Origin: Bugula neritina
Taxonomy: Eukaryota; Animalia; Bryozoa
Assembly (NCBI GenBank): GCA_964035545.1
Contig: OZ037768.1
Coordinates: 13,215,675-13,279,674, forward strand
DNA length: 64,000 bases
Direction of reading: 5' to 3'
Part shown: positions 53,304-64,000 of the stretch, piece after piece
How the letters are laid out: every line of letters begins with the position of its first letter
Numbering within the stretch: position 1 is the first letter of the stretch
Notes under the pieces: generated by a model
The model's database searches: none
Seen by the model: the letters and a program-made list of their open reading frames with translations, nothing else
Told to the model about the DNA's origin: nothing
Translations under genes and position numbers: made by a program

Positions 53304-56300
53304 ATGAATAACTTGGACAAATTTTATAACGGGATAGTTACTCAGGACAACAAACTTCGCACTACTACTTATTCCCAGCTGACAGACTTTCTACAGAATC
53401 CCTCTTCTTCAGTGTCGTCTGAGAATCTAGACAAACTCATTGATGGCTTGGCCAATTGGGTGAACAGTAGCAATTTTAAGGTTGGTGTTAAACCGCACAT
53501 AGATTGTCATATTCATGGCATCAGATATTTGTACATGCGGTGGTTTTCTTTGCTTATTGAATACTGCTCACTTTTTTTAAAGTCATCACAGCTCCAATCT
53601 TGGCAATTGCAAATTATATATGCCAGAATAGCGTTGCTGTAATAATAAATTGTGTACATTATATTTCTGTTGATTTTATGTCAACTTTTACCTCTTTAAC
53701 GCTCATTCAAATATCTTGTGTTCTTTAGTTTCTTTTGAAATGTAAGCGGAGCTTTGTATTTGTGCTATGATAGTTTTAGTAACACTAAATTAAAAAGGTT
53801 GAACTTACAATGCCTTGTCATTGTCTATGAGTTATTGCTCTCACTGAATAAGTGGTTGGATGTCAGTTGCTGCACCCTTCTAACTTGAACGTTGCTCTTT
53901 TATTTGCAGTTGTTGTAAGTTTTTTCACACTATATCCCTTAGAAATACTTGATCATGTGTGTGGTTAGCATTGAGATTGCTCATAACTGAAAGGATAATT
54001 GATCTAAGTATTAGATGAGTATTGATATTGTATGTTTTACAGGTGTCTCTACATGGTCTAACTGTGTTATACTTGCTGGTGAATCGCTTGGGAGAGGCGT
54101 TCCGTCCCTTTGTTCCTAATGGTAAAGAGCCTGTTAATCAAAGTGTGAATTGATTTGCATAATTACCAGGAACCTTGATCCCACGGGCATTTCAGCAGCT
54201 TCTTGTTAAATGTTTCTGCCTGACATAGTCAACTAGGCGTTGAAAATCTGAGCAGCCTCTCCGCTATTAGCAACTCACTACTCAGTTCTCAATATATACA
54301 TAGTAGCTTAGACTGGCTTACTTTTGCTATTACATTATAATATGTAATAGTTCACTTGCTAATAATTGGAAAACTTTCAACCTCCCATCAATATAGAAAT
54401 TATTTTGTGAACTTTGTCTTAACTACATACTGATACGGTTATTAATATACTTCCAAATTGATGTTGCAACTGTCTAAGCTATCAAGTTAACTTAACTCAT
54501 GATGGTTTCTAGCCTAGCAGCTGATTAAACGGTGATTATTTCATCTTGTTAACCTATTTGTGTAATCAGGTTGCTATAACTTGCCTGCTTCAATTGATTT
54601 TAGTATTGGAATCTACAGTGAGCAGACTTGGTGATATGCACGATGATGTTAGAGATGCTGCCCAAGATTTGCTTCTTGCGTTGATGTATCCAGCCTCATC
54701 GCCCAGTGTAAGTTCTGCCCAATCATTATTTACCTCTTACTAGTAAGTATAGGTTCACCTTCAATTAATGAAAAAAGGAAGTGGTTGTAAGTCATGTGAT
54801 CTTGTAGCATAAACTTTCAAATCAGTCAACTTTCAACTTTCAAAAATTGCAATGCTTTATGTATACCTCACATCGACTGCTCATGATACCCTGTGACTTG
54901 TCAAGATGATGTTGTGAAACCTCTGCTAGTTTTAAGGCAGGGTTAACAAAAACTAGGCATAGGCACTAAGTTGCTATGAATAGCTTTGATCTATGAGTCA
55001 TACTGTCTGCATGACTCATCTCACAGGCTTCTACTTCAAGAACACTAGACACTATGCAATCACTTGCATTTAATGTTATCACCAGGATTGCTGTGCAAAC
55101 TTCTCAATCAATGTCAAGGTGCATCTGCTTACTTAAAAATTTAAGGAGCTTTAGATTTTATGTATATTTCATAATTGAACTTTAAAAATAAAATTAATTT
55201 AGTTTTGTTCTAGTAGTTGGTTAGAGTTTTTTCATGTCTTATGATGTGGCTGGTTGGCTCTGGGAATAATTCTCTTGAGTTTAATTCAATATTATCAATC
55301 CTAGCTGCTCCTGTGAATGTGTTATTTTCATTTCTGCGTTAGATTCAAAATGGCTAGTTGCAAGGTTCTGTCTCAACTTGTTTTACAAGTGCGGTTAACT
55401 TATTTTATTGGTGTATCTGTATACACTTTCAGTTTGTATTTGATCGCATCTGGCCACAAGCCTCTACACATAAGCAGTTCCGAGTTCGAGAGGGTATCTG
55501 TGTCTGTCTGCAAAGACTTCTTAACAAGTAAGTTCCTATATTATCTTCAACAAATGTGGACAACTTGGCCAGAATACTTTTAGTCCCAATCTAGTATTAG
55601 GCAGGAAAATGTCATAGCATTGACAAATTGATGAGTTTCATTCTTTGTGCGACCAGGCATTTAAGAATAATGTTTACAGATTTGCCAAAGTTTTTAAAGA
55701 AGGCCAAACAAGCATCTTCAGAGAGTGGCAACCCCAAAGCCAGCTGAAAACATAATTTTAGATGGCAATGCAAGCAACTTATTATCTTCTTGTGTCACAG
55801 TACGAACAATTGTGCATGAAAATTTGTAATTTGTGGCAAATGCTAGGCACCTAAGATATATGCTTGCATTCATTGGAAAAGTTTAGAAAGGAGGAAAATA
55901 ATTTGTTTTAAGGAGTATTTATTACCAATGTTACCATACAGTCCAGGCTTAACTATTTTAGACTGTCATCTGTCGGGTTCATTTAAGGAGTATCTGAGAT
56001 TTGAGAAGCAATTATTTTAAATACAACAATCTTTGGAGTTCAGAAAAAAATGGTGCAAGTGTATTGAAAAGGAAGATTGCATCGGAATAAACTTAGTATA
56101 ACATACTAAAGTCATGCATAAATTCACTGCGGGTTATGGCTGGGCTTTGCATTTTATCATAGTTGACTCTAACTTGCCATAATATCAATGATAACACTCG
56201 CCTATAATTCTTCTCAAGCACTCACTTGGAGACGCAGCTTCTCATTTAATCAGTACCAGTTATCTTCTTTTTCTGATAATCGTGTAAAAAATGTACATTA

Positions 56301-59300
56301 GCTATATCAAGTAGAGTACTATAGTGTGGATTCACTTGCATACTGGTTCCCCTGGCCATGGATTGTCTATTGATTATTAGTTGTATCTTTCACTTCCCCC
56401 AGGCCTTGTGTTGTGATTGCCAATTTGTAGATTTTCTTGCTAATGAAATTTTATTTATCCAGAAAAATGAATATTTGCAGCTATGGTGCGAAGAGCCTAC
56501 AGCTGAGCAAAATTGTCCCGTCGCTGCTGAAACTGCTGGACGACTCTAATGCACAGGTACTCTTTCCTTCTCGTGGAGAACTGTGACTACTGGAGTATAG
56601 CACTGGCTAGCAGTCACAAGTTAAAAATTTCAGTTTTTAAAATGCATTTCTGTATTTCAGGTTCGTGATTCGGCCTTGACAACATTGGCAGAGATATACA
56701 GACATGTGGGTGAGAAGGTTAGAACTGATATCATGAAGAAAGGCCTTCCACACAGCAAGTAAGACAAGTATTATTCTCTGTGTGAGTCTTGAGTCAAAAC
56801 TTACAGCCCCTACCTAAATGTTAGCTTGAAAGTCTTTATAATACCAGCCATAGAATGTGTAAAATTTAATTATTGGGTCTTCTATCTTTTCACTTATATT
56901 ACTATTATTCTAGCTTAACTTTCATCTAACAGCGGCTCACATGAAAGGAAAGTACGTGTTTTATTTCTATAATACTATGTTAGGTGGAAATGTTTTTATT
57001 TTTAGTACATTTTTAGTACACTTGCTTTTAAAAGATTTTTTTCATTCTTTGGGATGAAAGTAATTTATTTGTAAAACTATGAAAACCAGAATATCTTAGT
57101 TTTAGCCCACCAGTGTTTAAATGAGTATTTTTCCCTCAACATCTTGATTGAACAAGTATCAGCATCACATTCTAGTTGTAAATGTATTGTTTTGCTTTTG
57201 TTAATCAGTTTCTAGAGGTCGACAGTAAAGCTTTATCAACCCATTTGTGATTGTGTTTAAATAACTGAATGCTAGGTAAGGGGATTCACAAGATATGATA
57301 TAATCATAGCCATAGCTAATAACATCACCTGCACAATACAATCCCTTCATGCATAGCGTTTGCATACAAGTAATTGTAACAGTTATAATGCTGAGGTGTA
57401 AGCATAATTTGAGCTGTTCAGATACACCTCAAGTCATAAAACCTGGTGGGCGTCTGTATGAGTAGATTCCTCTCGTAGTCAGATTGCAGCATTAATACAA
57501 TATTAGGTGTTATGCAGAGTTGTCTATAGATATAGCAGTGCTGTGGGTAGAAGAATAAGTTGATTAGACATATAGTTGCATTCTCATTATCTATTAAAAG
57601 GGCAAACACAATGCAGTTATAATAACTTTACGGCAATTAATTTGTTCTGAAACTATAAATACTTGATCTTTGAATACATTGAGTTGTCTCAAGGAAGAAT
57701 TACTCAACATGATGAAAATGGTGCAATAGCACTCAGTTCTCTAACTTGAGTTAATAAACAAACCCTAATGGTTATTTTTCATGGAATGAATGTGATACCA
57801 TCACTTATCATTAAATTTTTGTGTTATTTGTTAAGTTAAATACCTTTTACATGTAAAGTAACTAATATTATAATAAGTTAGCTGTTGGTTTTCAACTGCA
57901 ATCTAGCAGTTGTCTTCTCACCAATCAGTGCCATTTGCTAATAATTGTAATTCAAAATTTCAGATTGGCAATGATAACTAACAAGTTTGATGATATTCAC
58001 ACCTCTGGTGACATGCTGCCCACTGCCTTAAACTCTCACATGACCTCATCAGGTAGGCTGCCTAATGCTGACATGGATTAGCTTGTGTAACAATTTTGTG
58101 CTTTCCAAACATCTTGTAGTTTATTGTTTTTAGGAGTTATCTTTCCTTTTGCTAATTCACTAGATTGAACCACTATTATGGGTTTTAATTAAACCACCTT
58201 GAACTCTGCAGGCTGTGCAGGTTTCAGTTGATGTCTTGGGTTTCTATTTGTACACCATAACAATTATTAAGCAACATATTCTAGAGAGCTACTTTATCTT
58301 CGTAGCTACAATAACATTGCTCTGTTTATATTTGCATATTCTCCAACCATTTAAACAAATCTTGTTTTTTACTGAAATCAATATTGCGATGCACAGTCCA
58401 GCCAGTATTAATGACTTGCAGAGTGGTTCATGAATATGCTTAGAGTTTAGTATGTAGCTTCTAGCTGATAATACTGTTTACAAATTCAGAAACATCAGTT
58501 TTTCTCTTCTACCATATGTGAACAGTGAGCCATTCCTTCAGATGTCTTCTGCCATCCAACAAAATTTTATGTTTTTAGAACATTTTAAATTTATTGAATC
58601 TGTTTAGTGTAAAGTCATAATACACACTAATAAATAATTTCTTTGATGGAGGAGACCAAAGGCATCTATTACTATATGGTTAAGGGTTATGACTATTATG
58701 TAAGGTTAAATGATGCCACAATGAGATATCTTGTAGGCAACTTTGCTTCCCAATTTTATAAAATGCATTCTGTGGTTGAAATCCTAGTTCACAGTTTTAT
58801 TCTGGTTATACAAATATTAAGAAGTGGAAGACCTTTAAAGAGTTTATTTTACCTTAAGATTTTATGGTACACATTAGACTTCATAACTGTTCAGAGGCAA
58901 TAATTTAACCTTTAAACTAATTAAAATATTATAATCAGCCACAGGTTTAGTTGTGTAAGCTATATATCAATATGCCTCAGCTCAACTGTCCTCTGAATAG
59001 ATGTCAATATTATTCTTTCGCTTGAATGACTTCGAATAGTTTTCTACCTGTCGTATCAAGCTGAACTGAAACTAGTGTGTTCATTTGCATTACCTCATTT
59101 GTGTAAGCTTGCAATGCTTGGACACATAAGTAAAATTTATTGGTTCAGTGTTGTGGTTGAGATCTGTTGGAGAAACACCCTGATAACGAGATGATAAGGA
59201 TTATCGTGCTCAGCAGAGTGCCGTGACGTCATTTATTTAGTTACACTGGCGGTTATCAAAGTGTATCATTAACGACATAAAGTGGGTTTACAAACACTTG

Positions 59301-62300
59301 GGAATATACTGAAATGGCAAATACGGATATTTGGAATGATTTAGACTCCACACTAAACAGTTTAGATGTCATTACCTTACGTCTGGCTGGAATGCAGAAC
59401 ATAACTGAGGAGAGAGATTGGAGCATCTCTGATACCATATCTGACTCTAGTAGCCATGACACTTGGTACGATACAATGAAACTCTCTAGTGGGACAGGTA
59501 GTCCTGCATTTACTGAAGACAGTGCATTGGTTATTACACCTCGCTCAGTTCTTTCTGACAAAGTAGATTCGATGAGCTCACAATCCTCTAGTGTTGGTTA
59601 CCATTCTGCCAACCACGACTTGAACGGAGCTATGTTATCACCTCAGTCAGATGCTACCAAATGGACAATCAGCACACCGAAATCTAAAGTTCGATTTGAT
59701 GAAATGAATCTGGTAATGACTAAATCTCCTACCAGCTTTGAACTTTCGAATTTCTACATGGAAGACTCGAAAGAATGTAACAATAACACTGTGCATATTA
59801 GTGGTAAAACCGTAGGCCTTAGAGGGATAGTAAAAAGTAAAACTACAATTCCTATACAAACTCTTCGAGATGCTAAAGGTAAGGGATGGTGTGCAAATTA
59901 GACTGTTGACAATGCTCTGTAGTTTTAAATTAACTAAGGTGTAATTACAATTCTCAATAAAGTATGGCCAGGGCATGTGATGGGTAAGCATAGATAAAAA
60001 TCAAGTCAAATTTATTTACAATGGTTGTTAAGCAGCTGGCTGAACAACAATTGTGTAATACATTTTGTGTACCTAATTAAATTGGCTGTTTATAAGGTGT
60101 GCTAGCGTTTAATGTATTCTATTACAGTATTTGTTTGGGATATTTTTTGGATAATATTTATTCTTTAAAATTTCCACTATTGTAGTTTATGGCGACATCA
60201 TTTTTATTATGGTGGAGTAGTTAAAGTGCATATTGAGAGGCAACAAGCTCCGGAATTGATAAAAATTATCAAATCATAATATTGTCATGATAAGATAGAT
60301 ATTACCTTATTTATTGGAATACTCATGTTAAATTTGATATCCCCCAAGTTTGATCCTATGTCTTTGGTTACCAGTTATATAATTGATATAAAATCCCACA
60401 AAAGAATCTTTTGGCATTATTATAGAGAATGAGTTTTCATACTAAACAAAAATTCTATAGGAGAGTTTTCTGTCTTGGCTTGATTTGAAGACTATTTTAA
60501 AAGTATAAATGGCACACACATTGCGTAAAAAAGAAAGTTTCAACTTGACTTGCTGAATTTGTGTATTTACTAGCTAATGGCCAGATGTTTTATAAATGAA
60601 ACAATTCAGTTTTTGTTCCATGAGCCTATTACTCCCCACAGTCATTGTGCATAAGCGTAGTTTTTAGATACAATTAGCTGCCCATTCTGGTTTCATTCAT
60701 CAAAAAAGAATAGCACAGCTGCTGCCCCTGATTCTGGATGCCAAGTTCACAATGACAACGTCAGAGTAGGCTGACTGTTTCTTTGAGGTGTAGCTACTGA
60801 CCGAAATCGTCAGATACTGTGTTTTGTGTTTAAGTCAGTTGGGTCCAGGTGTAAGTTAATTAATTTTGCAAACCATATTCAATTCTCTGTTTCTATGTCC
60901 TGGATTATTACTACCCAAATGGAAAAACAGTTCAATGTTCCATAATAATAAATTATACATTTTCAATTCAGCATGCACGTAGCATTGTGCTTTTTGGCAC
61001 AGCTTGAGTTAGCTGATAGCAGCAAGTATTTGCAAAGCAATTGCTGTGTTGGCAGCACTATACTATACATGCTTTACTGAGTTTTGAGTTACTGAGTGCT
61101 TGAATTAGCTGCCTGGAATGTTTAACGATTTTCATGCTCAGAAAAGGTTAGCAACTTTGCTCTCTCAGGTTCCAGCACCACCACTGCCAGGTATTGTATG
61201 GGTATTTACTATTTAGCACAAAACTATCAGTTTTAACACTATTAGATAAATTTAAAATTAGCTCCCAAATTTACCAACATTCAGTCTCAATGCTTTTAAT
61301 AAATATTGTTGCTGTGGCAGAATGAAACTGAGATAGATTGAATTTCTGTCATATAACCAGCATTGTCTCTCCACAGTTATTTAATATGGAAAGAGACTAA
61401 TTAACAGTTGTTATCTTACATAACACTGCCAGCTCCATTTGAGTCTTGCTACTAGTAAATTAATGAGGAACCTGAGAAGTACATACTTGCTATTCCATTA
61501 CATTCTACTGGATTTCTAAGTAACTGTGCTGTCTGTTAGTGAGCAGTTATGTCTCAAGTCATTTAACTGACTGGTAAATCGTGTTGCTATGTCCCTTTTT
61601 ACACTCTACAAATATGCATGTAATTGCTCATCAGAGGCTAACTAGCATACACCTCATCTAGTGGCCACGCTGATTTATGCTCTAACTCTGTTCCATAGAA
61701 GCCAGGGGAAAATAGCAACATCTTATACTTTATTGATGAAAGAAAGGAAAGTTTCTGTTTCAAGTTGATAAAGTTTCACACAATTATATCAGACATGGGG
61801 TCTCCGTATGTTCTTTGAATCTCGTTTTAACCGATTGAAAGATCTACTCTATATTTGCAAGGTGCAGGTTAAGCCATTGTTGCCTGCTGCAGATGTTATT
61901 GATTTGGTTCATTATCATTGACTTCTCGGTTATATATTTTTTAGTCTTTGTGTATACATCAGTTATCAGATATTGTAGAAAGATAGAATTGTTGAAGTAG
62001 TGTTTGTGTTATGAATGCTTTTAAGTGTAGTTTGTGCATACAAATAATAGCATTGTAAACTATACTGTTTCAGCTACTTGGCTATTTTATTTACATTCAA
62101 GCATGAATTGTTCTTAATGCAATTTTATCTAGTGCTTAGGTGTTTATATATGAAATGACTATTATAATTAAAATAATGTGGAAGCAATTTTTTATGTTCT
62201 TCAGCTAAAGGAATGTTGTAGCTGCTTTCATTGTTGAAGTTAGGAACATTTCACCACTGTTTTCAAAATGTTTTACAGTCAGCAAGTATGGTGTAGGAGA

Positions 62301-64000
62301 TGAAGTTGATCATACAAGGCCACCACGTAATGCGTCTTCCTCTGTCTCCAGATCTAGAACTAAAGGTCTCACCTCGGCTGGTTCATCTAAGGCTGGTGAG
62401 CTTCAATAGATTAATGCATACTTGCTCACTCAAACTTATTCTCAACATTCTGCTGGTTGCGTAATGGAACTCCATTTCACCACCAACCATCAAATTTATT
62501 CTGTTCTACCACTTCCAGTGGTGAATACATATTCATAGCATTACCTGATGTGTTTCAGGGGGGATCAAGAGTGTGCCTAAGCGTACACGCTCCATTAGCT
62601 TACCTCCTACAGGTACACCAACCCCCTCCTTCCCACTCATTTCCTCTTTCTTGTACACGTATTGTATGGCCTATGATTTACTCCTGTATCAGGTGACTCT
62701 ATTGCAGAGTCACCTGATACCCCTGCTGGTCAGTTCCTCCATTCACAGAACAGACTGAAGGATATTTGCTATGCCAAGCTAAGCACTGTATAGTTGGAGA
62801 TTATGTTTATTTATTACCTTACTTGTCTCCACTAATGTTCTTATGCCAGTTCTGTTCATAGAAACAGTAGTCATAGCTGTTGATATATCTGAACCTCATC
62901 AGTTACTCCGCAGTACAAGGAATGGCCGGCTGTCCCCAACCCGCTTCCCTCCATAGTTCATTTTAGGTCCAGTCCTCCAAGATGTGCAACAGAGCTTACC
63001 CCCAAGTTCTAGTCCATACTATGGGATGTTATATATCTTCTCATTGTTTTTGTTTATATGCTTATTGTTTCATTAGTTATCTGCAAATATCAGCTTTTAG
63101 TACCTGTTGTGGCTACATTTCAAGTTTGCATCATTTAGAAACCAAAGTTTAAATATTTGGTTAAAAGTCTTATTTTTTGTTGAATTTAATCTTTTCTAGG
63201 TGCTGGGGCACTCAGTGAAGACATGTTCACCAAATCCTTTGATCAAGTACCAAAAATACATGTAAGTAAACATGGATCCCATGACTCAACTTACTTATAA
63301 TCCAATTAACCTTGATCTGTTCTCGTTTATACACCCATGGTTGGTGAAAATGATCACTTATCCGGTTTGCTTCAACCAGAAATTGGGTATAACAAATAAT
63401 ATGTATTGTATTAAAGATAATGTGATTAATGAAATAATGTAATTGATTTTCTATTGTTACTGTTATGTAATAGTTCACAGTGAATTTACTTGGTCATTGA
63501 ATATATTGTAGTTGAACAATTGCTGATCCATAGATCAATGACTAATTGCTCTCTTATAATTGGCTGATCAACTATTGCTATTATGTTTGCCTTGTTTTAA
63601 TTTCAACTAATCATTTCTCAAGCCTGTGTTTAATTGTGTTGCTGGTAAGACTGCCAAGGCTGCCTGCCGCCTCTATTTTATTCTTTGGATTTTATTGATT
63701 TTATTGAATCTCATCTTTTGTGGTGAACTTTAATCAGACATTGGCTTTGGCCAAGAATTTGGTGTATAATCGACAGCTAATTTGCTTCTGATTCACTTTT
63801 GTATTGTTTTTATGGTAACATACCTTTAAGGCCTGCATCACCAGCAAATTTACTACAACCCAGTTTTTATGTTAAATCTGTTGAGCTTATTTGGTGATAG
63901 TGGAATATGGAAATGTCACACCATTCAAAATTTTAGTGTCATAACTAAATTTCTGAGTAGCTCTTCAAGTATGCTCTATGTAATAAATGTTATAATATCA
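53304..64000 (+). CDS. CLASP: CLIP-associating protein (CLASP/Orbit/MAST), 5' exons encoding TOG1 and linker; continues off the right edge
   Basis: Exons: 53304-53480 (LDKLIDGLANWVNSSNFK), 54043-54121, 54604-54707 (SRLGDMHDDVRDAAQ), 55433-55527 (HKQFRVREGIC), 56481-56556, 56661-56758 (VRDSALTTLAEIYRHVGEKVRTD), 57964-58052, 62279-62395 and 63200-63261 (GAGALSEDMFTKSFDQVP). Splice phases are consistent. Confidence 0.93.
55590..56095 (+). mobile_element. Degraded mariner-like transposase remnant in a CLASP intron
   Basis: PYSPGLTILDCHLSGSFKE (like PYSPDLAPSDYHLF..LK) near 55935 and WCKCIEKE (like WxKCIE) near 56051. Confidence 0.7.
59314..59878 (+). CDS. Probable alternative first coding exon of CLASP (188 aa, Ser-rich), giving a TOG1-less isoform
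   Basis: Long ORF within intron 7 ending at a strong phase-1 donor AAAG|gtaagg, compatible with the phase-1 acceptor at 62279. TGACGTCA at 59224-59231 lies upstream. Confidence 0.65.

Noticed and set aside
61169-61190. Possible CLASP micro-exon
   Set aside because: At 22 nt it is not frame-preserving with the flanking phase-1 exons.

Overview
AT-rich, intron-containing animal DNA, probably a lophotrochozoan invertebrate (inferred from gene content and style, not provable here). Gene order: the 5' part of ATR (minus, runs off the left edge), then a cluster of three GH18 chitinase-family genes (minus), then PA2G4/EBP1 (minus) and the 5' part of CLASP (plus, runs off the right edge). The three chitinases are: a divergent copy that has lost two substrate-binding Trp residues, a full-length copy with two CBM14 domains, and a recent duplicate with catalytic E->Q and no CBM14. 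A duplicated two-exon orphan gene and an intact piggyBac-derived ORF lacking its third catalytic Asp lie inside this cluster. The strongest signal absent from the ORF track is an array of eight box C/D snoRNA-like units in two guide families at 42.8-45.2 kb (minus). Seven have their D box 72-80 nt upstream of a 3' splice site, within a short-exon non-coding host transcript. Part of this array is duplicated at 34.4-35.5 kb. I could not assign the guide targets by eye. The window also holds SINEs, MITEs, P-element and mariner remnants, and mini/microsatellites. All exon coordinates were read manually.
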